Below are positions 1 through 10,443 of a stretch of DNA of 64,000 nt, one piece after another (the stretch's first letter is position 1; every line of letters starts with the position of its first letter). A program made the position numbers and the translations under genes. The notes under the pieces are model-generated. The model was not told the DNA's origin. It did no database searches and saw only the letters and a program-made list of their open reading frames with translations. The stretch is from an uncultured Lachnospiraceae bacterium (GTDB lineage Bacteria; Bacillota; Clostridia; Lachnospirales; Lachnospiraceae): the NCBI GenBank assembly GCA_949949005.1, contig CATLHM010000001.1:193491-257490 (forward strand), read 5' to 3'.

Positions 1-787
1 TGCCAGAGACGGTATCTATGGAAGTCCGTGGTGCGGATTTCAAAATTTTGAATTTTTGTTCCGCACAAACGACGCCTTTGTTATGATCCGCAACACCCTG
101 CTTTACAATCTGGTCTTTATTGCACTGGGGACTGTGCTGGCTGTTTCCGTGGCAATCGTCCTCAATGAAATTCGCAATGCCAGGGCGAAGCAGTTATATC
201 AGACAGTAATCCTGATCCCTTATCTGATTTCAATGGTTATCGTCAGCTATCTGGCATTTGCTTTCCTGAGCAGCAGCAACGGCTATATCAATAATTCTCT
301 TCTGGCAGCTTTTGGAGCAGATCCTGTGGACTGGTACAATACTCCTAAATATTGGCCGGTTATTCTGGTGATTATCAATGTATGGAAAAATCTGGGATAT
401 AACATGATCCTGTACTATGCCACCCTCTGCGGTATTGACCACACGTTATATGAGGCGGCAGTGGTGGACGGAGCCAATCGGTGGCAGCAGATACGCAATG
501 TCACGTTGCCCGGCCTTAAATCTACAATTATTATTCTGACGCTGATGGCTTTGGGTGGGATTTTCCGGTCTGATTTCGGTCTGTTCTATCAGGTGCCCCA
601 GAACTCAGGTCCTCTGATCAGCGTAACCCAGACCATTGATACCTATGTATATCGCGGGTTGATGCAGACCAACAACATCGGTATGTCTTCCGCAGCAGGC
701 GTATATCAGTCAATTGTGGGATTCATTCTGGTGGTAACTGCCAATTTTATTGTCCGCAAAGTGGACGATGAAAGTTCCCTGTTCTAA
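1..787 (+). CDS. Carbohydrate ABC transporter permease (LplB-like), 5'-truncated by the window edge
   Basis: Frame is open from position 2 (ARDGIYGSPWCGFQNF); EAA loop LYEAAVVDGANRWQQIRNVTLP; multiple TM segments. Confidence 0.92.
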   Translation, partial: ARDGIYGSPWCGFQNFEFLFRTNDAFVMIRNTLLYNLVFIALGTVLAVSVAIVLNEIRNARAKQLYQTVILIPYLISMVIVSYLAFAFLSSSNGYINNSLLAAFGADPVDWYNTPKYWPVILVIINVWKNLGYNMILYYATLCGIDHTLYEAAVVDGANRWQQIRNVTLPGLKSTIIILTLMALGGIFRSDFGLFYQVPQNSGPLISVTQTIDTYVYRGLMQTNNIGMSSAAGVYQSIVGFILVVTANFIVRKVDDESSLF

Positions 788-804
788 TTAAGGAGGTACA
801 GATT

Positions 805-1689
805 ATGGTAGAAAAAGGAAAAGGGTTTCAGATTTTTGCCCATATTTTATTTATCATTCTCGTTCTTTGTGCGATCGCACCTTTTATACTGCTGATAATG
901 TCCTCCTTTACGGAGGAGCAGACTCTGATCACCAACGGTTATAGCTTCTTTCCTGCTAAGTTCAGTACTTATGCTTATGAGTATCTGATGACAAAATCTT
1001 CCGCAGTGTTCCGCGGCTATGGTATTTCTTTTCTGGTAACGATTGCGGGTACGCTGTGCAACCTGCTGATTACGACTCTCTATGCCTATCCGCTTTCCAG
1101 AAGAGAGCTGCCGGGGCGGGGGATTTTTGCATTTTATTTATTCTTCACCATGCTGTTTTCAGGCGGTTTGGTGCCCTCCTATTTAATGTGGACCCAGACC
1201 TTCCATATCCGCAACACGATATTTGCTTTGCTGATACCGAATTTGCTGCTTAGCGCCTTCAACGTCATCATGATGCGTACCTACTTTACTTCTAATATTC
1301 CTGACGCCGTTGTGGAGGCCGCCAGGGTTGACGGCGCCAGCGAGTTCAGAATCCTTTTCGGAATCGTGCTGCCTATGGCTCTGCCCATCATTGCAACCAT
1401 CGGCCTTCTGGTGGGGCTGGCTTACTGGAACGACTGGATGAACGGTCTGTACTATCTCAATGATGACCGGATGTTCAGTATTCAGGTATTGTTGATGAAC
1501 ATCCAGCGTGATCTGGATTCCCTGCGGCAGCAGGCGCAGTCCGGCGGAAGTGTGAACACCGCCAACCTGCCATCCACTTCCGTGCGTATGGCTCTGACCG
1601 TAATGGGCATTCTGCCGATCATGATTATTTATCCTTTTATGCAGAAGTATTTCGTAAAGGGTATTGCCATCGGTGCAGTAAAGGGATAA
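805..1689 (+). CDS. Carbohydrate ABC transporter permease (LplC-like)
   Basis: AGGAGG RBS; EAARVDGASEFRIL loop; C-terminus QKYFVKGIAIGAVKG. Confidence 0.93.
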   Translation: MVEKGKGFQIFAHILFIILVLCAIAPFILLIMSSFTEEQTLITNGYSFFPAKFSTYAYEYLMTKSSAVFRGYGISFLVTIAGTLCNLLITTLYAYPLSRRELPGRGIFAFYLFFTMLFSGGLVPSYLMWTQTFHIRNTIFALLIPNLLLSAFNVIMMRTYFTSNIPDAVVEAARVDGASEFRILFGIVLPMALPIIATIGLLVGLAYWNDWMNGLYYLNDDRMFSIQVLLMNIQRDLDSLRQQAQSGGSVNTANLPSTSVRMALTVMGILPIMIIYPFMQKYFVKGIAIGAVKG

Positions 1690-1740
1690 ATGATAGACAA
1701 AAGCCGGAGTACAATTTATAATATATGACAGGAGATAAAT

Positions 1741-1779
1741 AAGTGCTGTAAGTCCTGAAAAACGGATTTACAGCACTTT
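1741..1779 (+). terminator. Stem-loop between permease and xylosidase
   Basis: AAGTGCTGTAAGTCC...GGATTTACAGCACTT inverted repeat. Confidence 0.55.
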
Positions 1780-1869
1780 CAGCAGTTTACAGTTTATTGG
1801 GGATTACAGGAACCGGCAGAAGTATTTTGGTTTCCTGATTAAAGCAGCCTTTAAAGAAAGAGAGACGCA

Positions 1870-3381
1870 ATGAGAGAGAAAAGATATTATGAAATTGACA
1901 AACATGGCAGGGCGCTGTTTCACAACCAGGTGGATTTCTGTATCGGAACGGGCAGAATGGGGTTGGCTTTGCAGAAGGAGTATCAGGAGCAGCTGCGGCT
2001 TGTGCAGGAGGAAATCGGCTTTCAGCATATCCGGGGACATGGACTTTTTTCCGACGATATGGCAATCTATCAGGAGTTTGAGGATGAGTCCGGGGTAAAA
2101 AGGGCGGAATACAATTTTACTTATCTGGATCTGGTGATGGACAGCTACCGGGAGTTGGGGCTTCGTCCCTTTCTGGAGCTGGGCTTTATGCCGGATAAAA
2201 TAGCTTCCGGCGACCAGACCATCTTTTACTGGAAGGGGAATACCACGCCGCCCCAAAACTACGAGGCCTGGTGTCATATGGTAACGGCTACCCTTCGCCA
2301 TCTGATGGAGCGCTATGGAGAGGAGGAAGTGGTAAGCTGGCCCATTGAAGTGTGGAATGAGCCCAATCTGCCGGGTTTCTGGAAGGATGCGGATATGGAA
2401 GAGTACTTTAAGCTTTTCCTTTGGACTTTCCGCGCAATCAAGGAGCTGGACTGCCGTTTCCGGGTGGGAGGCCCGGCCATTTGCGGTGTGCAGGACGAGC
2501 TTTGGATCAGGGAATTTTTAAGTTTCTGCCGTCGGGAGAAGATCGGGCTGGACTTTGTGACCCGCCACCACTATACCACGGAGCTGCCGGAGCGTGTGGG
2601 GCATTATGGCTATACCAGTCTTACCGACGCGGAGCAGGGCTTTGCCAATCTTAAGACCACAAGGGATATCATTGACAGCTTTGAGGAATTTGCAGGGATG
2701 GAAATCCATATCACGGAGTTTAATACCTCCTATATTCCCAATTGCCCTCTTCACGATACCAACCAGAACGCCGCCTACATTGCGCAGCAGTTGTCCCGGC
2801 TGGGGGATGTGAACGAGTCCTATTCCTACTGGACTTTTGGGGATATTTTTGAGGAACAGGGCGTTCCCTTTACTCCCTTCCACGGGGGATTCGGCCTGGT
2901 GGCCAACGGGGGCATTCCCAAGCCCACCTTTTGGAGCTTCAAATTTTATAAGGATCTTCAGGGGGAATGTGTGCTTAAGAATCAGGATATGGTGCTACTT
3001 CGCACCAAGGAGGGAGGCTATCAGGGAATTCTCTGGAACGCAGGAAGAGAACGGACAGGTAGAGAGTTGGATTTTACTCTGGACTTTCCTGTGGATAAAG
3101 AGGGGGAATATCTGCTCATCACCAAGACAGTGGACGAGGACACCTGCAATCCGCTGCGCCTCTGGCACAATATGGGGGAGCCTTCCTCGCTGAGTGAAAA
3201 ACAGAAGAAGCTTCTTAAGGAAGCGGCAAGGCCTTTTTTGGAGAGCAGGAGGCTGAAAGAGGAAGACGGGAAGGTTAGAGTCTCACTGACAGTGAAGGAA
3301 TATGGGGTGGTGTATTTTGAGATCAGCCCGGTGAGAGAAGTGGGGGACCGGGGGTATGATTATGGGAGAGTGATAGGGTGA
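1870..3381 (+). CDS. xynB: GH39 beta-xylosidase
   Basis: HIRGHGLFSDDM; EVWNEPN acid/base motif; HITEFNTS nucleophile; SYWTFGDIFEE; FHGGFGL. Confidence 0.92.
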   Translation: MREKRYYEIDKHGRALFHNQVDFCIGTGRMGLALQKEYQEQLRLVQEEIGFQHIRGHGLFSDDMAIYQEFEDESGVKRAEYNFTYLDLVMDSYRELGLRPFLELGFMPDKIASGDQTIFYWKGNTTPPQNYEAWCHMVTATLRHLMERYGEEEVVSWPIEVWNEPNLPGFWKDADMEEYFKLFLWTFRAIKELDCRFRVGGPAICGVQDELWIREFLSFCRREKIGLDFVTRHHYTTELPERVGHYGYTSLTDAEQGFANLKTTRDIIDSFEEFAGMEIHITEFNTSYIPNCPLHDTNQNAAYIAQQLSRLGDVNESYSYWTFGDIFEEQGVPFTPFHGGFGLVANGGIPKPTFWSFKFYKDLQGECVLKNQDMVLLRTKEGGYQGILWNAGRERTGRELDFTLDFPVDKEGEYLLITKTVDEDTCNPLRLWHNMGEPSSLSEKQKKLLKEAARPFLESRRLKEEDGKVRVSLTVKEYGVVYFEISPVREVGDRGYDYGRVIG

Positions 3382-3631
3382 AAACGTGTAGTAACCATTC
3401 ACAGTTTAATTAAAGTATAAAAAACAATTGTTATAGAGAGCTTCAAACCCAGTGTTTATCCGCGGTTTGAGGCTTTCTTTGGTTTATCAGACTTGCCACT
3501 TAAAAAATTAATATTAGTGATAAAAATTGACACTCCTGAGTAAAATAGGAATGTTTTCGTCTGCGAGTTCTGGCATTTTGATGGAAATATGTGCAGAATC
3601 TTGCCTGAATGTGTAAATAATTGCAAAAATA

Positions 3632-3660
3632 TTGACAACAAAAAATCACAGTCCTAAACT
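3632..3660 (+). promoter_or_regulatory. sigmaA-type promoter of the second sugar operon
   Basis: TTGACA-17bp-TAAACT upstream of the AGGAGG RBS. Confidence 0.6.
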
Positions 3661-3714
3661 CAGCAATACAAGCAGCGTTGCGAAAATGAATATCACTATT
3701 AGGAGGATTAACAC

Positions 3715-5502
3715 ATGAAAAAAAGAGTTGTTTCCGCAATCCTTGTCTCTGTGATCTTAGCAGGTTCACTTATGGGTTGTGGCCAAAACGAGGCGGCATC
3801 GGATGCTTCGAATAGTTCTTCTTCTGCTACCACCACAGAAAAAGAAGCCGACCCCGCCGAGTCCGCCTCTACTGATACTGTTGATACTGCAGCAGCCGAA
3901 GCTGACGGAGAATTCGATCCCCATACCATTTGTGACGGCGTTACCATTACCATCGCTGTTCCCGAGAACACTAGGATTTCCGATTGGAAGAACAACGATA
4001 GCTGCAGATATATTGAAGAAAAGCTGGGCGTAAACCTTGCGTTCGAAGTTTACCCTTCCGCTGACTTTACGACTAAGATCAACACCATGGTTACCGCAGG
4101 CGATAAGCTGCCTGATCTGATCTTCAGCCCTGGCAGCAACTACGTGAACTGGATTAGTGAAGGCGCAATCCGTGAACTTTCCGATCTGTACGCGGATGAG
4201 AACCTTTCTGCAAACATCCGTATCGCTTCTGAAGGCGCAGGCTACGACATCATCGAGTACATGAGAAATGGTGACGGTGAGATCTATGGCTTTCCCGGAC
4301 TGGAGCAGTCCTATGGTTTCGACAGTAAGATTCGTTTCTGGGTATACAAGCCATGGTGCGATCAGTTGGGCGTAGATGTTCCTACTTCCATTGATGAATA
4401 TCTTGAGATTTGCAGACAGGTCATCCATACCGATATGAACGGCAATGGCAGCACTTCTGACGAGAAGGCTCTCGTTGGCTACGGCTTCAACGACAATTCC
4501 AGTCAGGGCTACGAGTGGTTCCCCGGACTGATGAGCGCATTCATTTATTCCTGGGATGTGAACTTCTTTACGGTTGATGAGAACGACGTTGTCGGTCTTG
4601 CATACACCACCGATGCATGGAAGGAAGGTCTTAAATACATTAAGCAGTTCTTCGATGAAGGTATCATCGATTCCAGTATATTCACCGGCACTGAGGACGA
4701 TACTAAGGCTCAGATCCTTGCGGATGGTCCTATCGTCTTCTCCTGGTCCGGTTATGACTACTTCGGCAGTGATCTGGAAGTTGGTAACCAGTATGTATGG
4801 ACACACCTCACGAATCCGGATGGTGAGAACGGCTATTCCTATTACAAGCCCGTCCTTCCTTCGGTAGCAGCAGTTATGTCTGCAGATTGTGATAATCCGG
4901 AAGCAGCATTCCTTGTATGCGACACCATGTGCGACGAGTATTACGGCCTCTTCACCAGATATGGTAAGGAAGGCGAGGATTGGGCCTATTGGGATCAGGT
5001 CATAGCAGAGGATGTCCTTAACCCTGATGACTATGCAGCACAGGGCGGTGAAGACTACGCTATTGAGTGGATCTCCACTTATAAGAATGAGGATTTCTGG
5101 TCTTCTACGCAGACTACGGATGCGAGCTGGCTCCAGTGTGGTCCCTTCATTCGCAACAAAGCAATCCAGTACGTGAGAGCAAGGCAGATCAGCGCTGACA
5201 CTCCTGAAGGAGAGTTGAACATTGACAAGACTACCATCTCTCTTACCAGTAAGGATGCCGGTATCGCAAACAAGCCTCCCAAGGTTCTTGACTTTGCTCC
5301 TCTTACTGCAGACGAGACGGTTGAGACCGCTGAGATTCTTGTAAATGCAAACGCCTATGTTTCTGAAATGACTGCTGCATTTCTTACCGGCAAGGCAGAT
5401 ATCGATGCAGAGTGGGACAACTACCTTGCTCAGCTTGAGACCATTGGCATTGACACTTTGATCGCTGATTATCAGGCAGGTTACGACAGAGCACACAAGT
5501 AA
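3715..5502 (+). CDS. ABC sugar-binding lipoprotein
   Basis: Signal peptide with lipobox LMGC; Ser/Thr/Ala linker; DMNGNG Ca-binding-like motif; typical C-terminus WDNYLAQLETIGID. Confidence 0.9.
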   Translation: MKKRVVSAILVSVILAGSLMGCGQNEAASDASNSSSSATTTEKEADPAESASTDTVDTAAAEADGEFDPHTICDGVTITIAVPENTRISDWKNNDSCRYIEEKLGVNLAFEVYPSADFTTKINTMVTAGDKLPDLIFSPGSNYVNWISEGAIRELSDLYADENLSANIRIASEGAGYDIIEYMRNGDGEIYGFPGLEQSYGFDSKIRFWVYKPWCDQLGVDVPTSIDEYLEICRQVIHTDMNGNGSTSDEKALVGYGFNDNSSQGYEWFPGLMSAFIYSWDVNFFTVDENDVVGLAYTTDAWKEGLKYIKQFFDEGIIDSSIFTGTEDDTKAQILADGPIVFSWSGYDYFGSDLEVGNQYVWTHLTNPDGENGYSYYKPVLPSVAAVMSADCDNPEAAFLVCDTMCDEYYGLFTRYGKEGEDWAYWDQVIAEDVLNPDDYAAQGGEDYAIEWISTYKNEDFWSSTQTTDASWLQCGPFIRNKAIQYVRARQISADTPEGELNIDKTTISLTSKDAGIANKPPKVLDFAPLTADETVETAEILVNANAYVSEMTAAFLTGKADIDAEWDNYLAQLETIGIDTLIADYQAGYDRAHK

Positions 5503-5664
5503 ACTTTACATGCGCCGCTGGCGCGGCGTACCACCACGGCATGAAAGCCGATTGCTCCGCACTTCGTGCTCTATAGAGACTTGTAGAAATTAACTTAAGG
5601 AGAGGGCGGTTCCATTTATCAAATAAAAAAAGAGCCGTCCCCCTCCGTTCAAGAGGAAAATGAT

Positions 5665-6615
5665 ATGCGTAAGTTTAAGGGAAATACAGCCGTAAAAAAG
5701 AGAAGATTTGGCGCTGAGCTAAAGCGTCACTGGCAGATGTATCTGTTTCTTTTGTTACCGGTGATTTATGTCTTTATTTTCAAATACCTTCCTATGGCAG
5801 GCCTTGTCATTGCTTTTGAAGATTATAAGGCAAGGACGGGGATCTTTGGAAGTCCCTGGGTCGGTTTTAAATGGTTTATTAAGTTCTTCGAATCCTATCA
5901 GTTCCGCCGTGTACTGGTGAATACGCTGCTGATTTCCTTTTATGGAATTCTGGCGGGTTTCCCCTTTCCAATCATCTTTGCCCTTCTGGCAAACTGTATG
6001 CCGGACGGAAAGGTAAAGAAGACCATCCAGGGAATCGTTACACTCCCCCACTTCATTTCCACAACGGTCATGGTGGGTATTATCCTGCAGATCTTCAATA
6101 TTAATACCGGTCTCTACGGCATTATTGCTCAGGCGATTACTGGTCAGGCTCCGAACAACATCTTAGGAGACCCTTCTGCCTTCCGTTCGCTCTATGTCTG
6201 GAGTGGCATCTGGCAGAATTTCGGCTGGGACAGCATTATCTACACTGCTGCCTTGGCAGGTGTGGATCCCACCTATCACGAAGCTGCGCAGTTGGACGGT
6301 GCCAATCGTTTCCAGCGGGTGATCCACGTGGACTTCCCTAGCATCCTGCCCACAGTGGTCATCATGCTCATTCTGCGCATGGGCCAGGTCATGAGCATCG
6401 GCTTTGAAAAAATCTATCTGATGCAGAATCCGCTGAATTTGGAAGCAAGCCAGATTATTTCCACTTACGTTTATGAAGTCGGCCTTTCCGGCAATGGCGT
6501 CTCCAACTTCTCCCTTGCCACCGCCATCGGAATGTTCAACTCCATTATCAACCTGATCCTCATTGTCACTGTAAACAAAATTGCCAACAAAGTCGGCGAG
6601 ACCAGCCTGTGGTAA
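5665..6615 (+). CDS. Carbohydrate ABC permease (LplB-like)
   Basis: GSPWVGFKWF; YHEAAQLDGANRFQR loop. Confidence 0.93.
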   Translation: MRKFKGNTAVKKRRFGAELKRHWQMYLFLLLPVIYVFIFKYLPMAGLVIAFEDYKARTGIFGSPWVGFKWFIKFFESYQFRRVLVNTLLISFYGILAGFPFPIIFALLANCMPDGKVKKTIQGIVTLPHFISTTVMVGIILQIFNINTGLYGIIAQAITGQAPNNILGDPSAFRSLYVWSGIWQNFGWDSIIYTAALAGVDPTYHEAAQLDGANRFQRVIHVDFPSILPTVVIMLILRMGQVMSIGFEKIYLMQNPLNLEASQIISTYVYEVGLSGNGVSNFSLATAIGMFNSIINLILIVTVNKIANKVGETSLW

Positions 6616-6626
6616 AGGAAATCACT

Positions 6627-7541
6627 ATGAAATCAAAGAATGTTACTACTCGAGTGAAATATAAACTGACAGGAAGCGATCTTGTATTCTACGGATTCAG
6701 CGCCCTGGTCATCGGAATCCTGACACTGACTGTCCTTTACCTCATCGTCTACATCCTCTCGGCTTCCTTCAGCTCCCCTGCCGCCCTGGCAGCCGGCAAG
6801 GTCGTCCTCTGGCCTGTAGATTTCAGTGTGGATGGTTATAAAGCGGTCTTTAACTACTCGAAGGTCTGGATCGGCTATCGGAACACCATCTTGTATGTTA
6901 TCGCGGGTACCGCCATCAATGTGATTATGACCTTGCTCTGTGCTTATCCCATGGCACAAAAGGGCCTCTACGGTGGAAAAGCCATCATGGCTTACTTCAC
7001 ATTTACCATGATTTTCAACGGAGGTATGATTCCGACTTATATCCTTATTAAGAACCTGGGAATTATGAATACCGTCTGGTCCCTTCTCCTGCCCGGCGCC
7101 ATGAATATTTACAACATGATTATCGCGAGAACTTTCATCCAGACGAATATTCCCGGCGAACTGAAAGATGCAGCCAGGATTGATGGCTGTGACGACTTCC
7201 ATTTCTTTTTCGAAGTGGTCCTGCCTCTTTCCAAGGCAATTATTGCGGTTCTGACTCTCTGGTATGCCGTAGCTCACTGGAACTCCTATATGGATGCTTT
7301 CCTGTACCTGCGCGATTACAAGCTGTATCCTCTGCAGATTTTCCTGAAAGATGTACTGGTATCCGGCGAGTTCTCCGCAGAAGACATGATGGACCCTGAG
7401 ACCGCCATTGCACTTCAGAATATGAAGCTGCTCCTTAAGTACTCCCTCATCGTGGTTTCTGTCGTTCCTCTGTTCTTTTTCTATCCATTTGTTCAGAAAT
7501 ATTTTGTGAAGGGTGTGACTATTGGCTCCGTGAAAGGATAA
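6627..7541 (+). CDS. Carbohydrate ABC permease (LplC-like)
   Basis: LKDAARIDGCDDF loop; QKYFVKGVTIGSVKG; start placed at ATG 6627 after AAGGA. Confidence 0.92.
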   Translation: MKSKNVTTRVKYKLTGSDLVFYGFSALVIGILTLTVLYLIVYILSASFSSPAALAAGKVVLWPVDFSVDGYKAVFNYSKVWIGYRNTILYVIAGTAINVIMTLLCAYPMAQKGLYGGKAIMAYFTFTMIFNGGMIPTYILIKNLGIMNTVWSLLLPGAMNIYNMIIARTFIQTNIPGELKDAARIDGCDDFHFFFEVVLPLSKAIIAVLTLWYAVAHWNSYMDAFLYLRDYKLYPLQIFLKDVLVSGEFSAEDMMDPETAIALQNMKLLLKYSLIVVSVVPLFFFYPFVQKYFVKGVTIGSVKG

Positions 7542-7557
7542 ATACACAGGTGTTTAA

Positions 7558-9402
7558 ATGCTGAAAATCAAAAGATTCCTCAACCGTTCTTATTTGTTTC
7601 TTCTGGTGGCAGTGATTTCGTGCGTTGTCATACCGGTTTTGATTGGTATATTCGTTTTTCACAATCAGTCCTTCGACCGGCTCCTTAAAAGCAACAATGC
7701 TTATTATAACAATGTCATTGAGGACTTCAGCACCTACTTTTCCGAACAGATCGATCGCATAAAATCGACCTCTTACAAGTTGTATCTGAACAGTGACGGC
7801 CCTTCCAATTCCCTGTATGATAGTGTCAGGGAACTGGAAGAGAGCACGCTGGTTTACCCTGGTGTCATGCATGTGGTTCAGCGGGACTACGATCTCCCGG
7901 TCTCTGATTTTTGTCTGTACTACCCGAAACTGGATCTTGTCATCACCAAACAGGGACAGTTCACTTTTGACAAGTACTCCAGAGAAAACCTGAATTATAC
8001 CAATGAGGAAAACGAGTCAAGGATCACTCAGACTCTTCACTCCGTAAACTTCAGGATTCCGAACCTTACCTGCGTTCCGGTGCAGGAGGCTGACGGCAGC
8101 ACCAGTATACTAATTATCTACAGTGCCCGCTTTGGGAAGAACGACGACGAGATCAATCTCCTGTACCTGATCAAGAAGGACGCCTATTTGCAGAAAGCCG
8201 GTAAAGAGGCCTCTGAGCGCGGCACAGACTACTATGTTTTTGACAAGGATGGCGTGGTTCTGTTTAACACGGCTCTTACAGGTGACAATTTTGATTCCGA
8301 TGCCTTTTACCATGCTTCGGAATCGGAGCCGAATCGGCAGAGTATTCGCAATATCTACACGAAGACCGACGAGAAATGGGAGATTACCTATATGATCTTC
8401 GTAGGCGAAGGTTCCCTGCAGGACGATATTGCTTCCTATTACCGCAAAGTGGTCATTTTCCTGTATCTGTTCTCCATACTGCTGCTATTGTTGGTAGGCC
8501 TTGCCTTATTCCTGGCTTATCGCCCCGTCCACCGGATCACTTCCAAACTTGGAATTGAGAGTGGCAATGAGTTCCTTCTGATTCAGAACGAGCTGGATAT
8601 CCGCAGTCAGCAGATCCTCAAGCAGGAAAACATCATCATGGACGCTATCTTAAACAACCTGGTCTATGATGTTCCCTTCCCCACAGAGGGGCTCGGCACT
8701 CCCAGCGGTTTAAGCCACATTTATCAGACATACATCCTGAGGTCTTCTGTCTTTCGCGTACAGGAACAGGAGCAGCTTCGCGCCGCTGTGAACACAACCT
8801 TCAGTGGGAGGCTGTACATCAACGATCTTCTGGGAGAGGATCGTTATCTCCTGGTTGTATTCATCAAAGAAGAAAAACTGCAGGAATTCATAGGGTGGCT
8901 CTTTAAAACCACCGAAGACTTTTGCGGGGAGACGAGAGTACTGCACCAGGGCGAGCCGGTCCATGACCTGAACTGCCTTAAGGACAGTTATCTCTCCTGC
9001 TACGATGCCGCAAAGGATAAGGAGCAGATCCAGCACGATCTGGAAGCCATGAACCTGGATAAACGGCGCGTACAGACCACCGAGTGTATTCGGGCATACA
9101 TCGATCAGAACTTCCGAGATTCCAATCTCAGTCAGAGTATGGTCGCCGATGCCCTCCACGTTTCCAATTACACCATAAGCCGACTCTTTAAGAGTCAGAT
9201 TGGTATCGGTTTTTCCGAGTACGTAAATGTAAAGCGGCTGGAATATGCAAAGAGCCAGCTCGAGAACACGAATCTTTCTGTAGGTGAGATTGCCGAGAAC
9301 AGCGGATTCTCCAACTTCCGTTACTTCTCAAGATTATTCCGGACTCATTACGGAATTACTCCTACAGACTATAGAAATGGAAAGCCAATTATATTAAATT
9401 AG
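7558..9402 (+). CDS. Membrane-anchored AraC-family regulator (YesS-like architecture)
   Basis: Two TM helices flank an extracytoplasmic region; C-terminal AraC HTH (IAENSGFSNFRYFSRLFRTHYGITPTDYR). Confidence 0.88.
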   Translation: MLKIKRFLNRSYLFLLVAVISCVVIPVLIGIFVFHNQSFDRLLKSNNAYYNNVIEDFSTYFSEQIDRIKSTSYKLYLNSDGPSNSLYDSVRELEESTLVYPGVMHVVQRDYDLPVSDFCLYYPKLDLVITKQGQFTFDKYSRENLNYTNEENESRITQTLHSVNFRIPNLTCVPVQEADGSTSILIIYSARFGKNDDEINLLYLIKKDAYLQKAGKEASERGTDYYVFDKDGVVLFNTALTGDNFDSDAFYHASESEPNRQSIRNIYTKTDEKWEITYMIFVGEGSLQDDIASYYRKVVIFLYLFSILLLLLVGLALFLAYRPVHRITSKLGIESGNEFLLIQNELDIRSQQILKQENIIMDAILNNLVYDVPFPTEGLGTPSGLSHIYQTYILRSSVFRVQEQEQLRAAVNTTFSGRLYINDLLGEDRYLLVVFIKEEKLQEFIGWLFKTTEDFCGETRVLHQGEPVHDLNCLKDSYLSCYDAAKDKEQIQHDLEAMNLDKRRVQTTECIRAYIDQNFRDSNLSQSMVADALHVSNYTISRLFKSQIGIGFSEYVNVKRLEYAKSQLENTNLSVGEIAENSGFSNFRYFSRLFRTHYGITPTDYRNGKPIILN

Positions 9403-9416
9403 GAGGAAGAACGATC

Positions 9417-10403
9417 ATGAAAGAAATAAAAAAGGCCATCGTTGCCATTGATTTTCCAGAAGCAGAAGTTGACGAAATGGTTCGTCTCATGAACGCGGCG
9501 ACCGTCATCCGCTGTGCTGCTTCGGATTCGGATACCATCCGTGCAAATCTGAAGGATGCTGAAATTGCGATTCTGGGCAAAGGCCTGCCGGGTCTTGTGG
9601 AGAGCCTTGGCCCTGCCATGCGTTGGATTCACTGCGATGCTGCAGGTCTTGATTTCCTTTTCCGTCCCGCTCTCGCAGACAGAGAGGAGATCTGCGTTAC
9701 CTGCTCCTCGGGCAGATCCTCCAAAGCTCTTTCCGAGCATGTTATCATGTTCATGCTTGCCCTGAATTATCAGGTAAATCATATCTGGGAGAGCAGAAAG
9801 AACCGCCAATACACCATGCCTTTCCTCTCCACTGCCAGGGCACTCTTCGGCCAGAGTGCCGGCATCCTTGGCTGCGGCAGCATCGCAAGAGAACTTGCTC
9901 CGAGACTGAAGGCGCTGGGCATGAACACCATCGGCTTTGCAAAGAACACCACCGAACTGAATGGCATGGACAAGATCTATCACGGCGAAGAAGGCTTAAG
10001 AGAACTCCTTACTGCCAGCGATTTCATCATCTCCACCGTGGCACTCACCGACGAGACTTACCATCTTCTCAATGAAGAGAGACTCTCTCTCCTTAAGCCC
10101 ACCGCTTACGTGGTCAATATCTCCAGAGGTTCCATCATCGATGAACCGGCGCTGATCAAGTGTCTTCAGGAGGGGAAAATTGCCGGCGCAGGTCTTGATA
10201 CCTTCGAACAGGAACCTCTTGAAAAAGAGTCTCCGCTTTGGACGCTTCCGAACGTGGTGATGACCCCTCATGTCACACCTCCCCAGCCCGACAAGCACGA
10301 AGTGTCTTTGCAAGTGATTCTTGATAATATCAGGAACTATCACAAGGAAGAGCCCCTTCGAAATGTATATAAGTCTTATTATCGTTTCTCCGGAAAGAAA
10401 TAA
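9417..10403 (+). CDS. D-2-hydroxyacid dehydrogenase
   Basis: GILGCGSIA Rossmann motif; VVNISRGSIIDE; GAGLDTFEQEPL; MTPHV. Confidence 0.9.
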   Translation: MKEIKKAIVAIDFPEAEVDEMVRLMNAATVIRCAASDSDTIRANLKDAEIAILGKGLPGLVESLGPAMRWIHCDAAGLDFLFRPALADREEICVTCSSGRSSKALSEHVIMFMLALNYQVNHIWESRKNRQYTMPFLSTARALFGQSAGILGCGSIARELAPRLKALGMNTIGFAKNTTELNGMDKIYHGEEGLRELLTASDFIISTVALTDETYHLLNEERLSLLKPTAYVVNISRGSIIDEPALIKCLQEGKIAGAGLDTFEQEPLEKESPLWTLPNVVMTPHVTPPQPDKHEVSLQVILDNIRNYHKEEPLRNVYKSYYRFSGKK

Positions 10404-10443
10404 GAATCCTGTAAACTTTTATTCATTTGGGAGGAAAAAAAGA

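Noticed and set aside
3766-5496. 576-aa antisense ORF, plus similar ones at 6633-7547, 13169-14206, 20041-20904, 29639-30538 and 59920-60915
   Set aside because: They mirror well-supported sense genes and are explained by codon bias; no RBS or motifs
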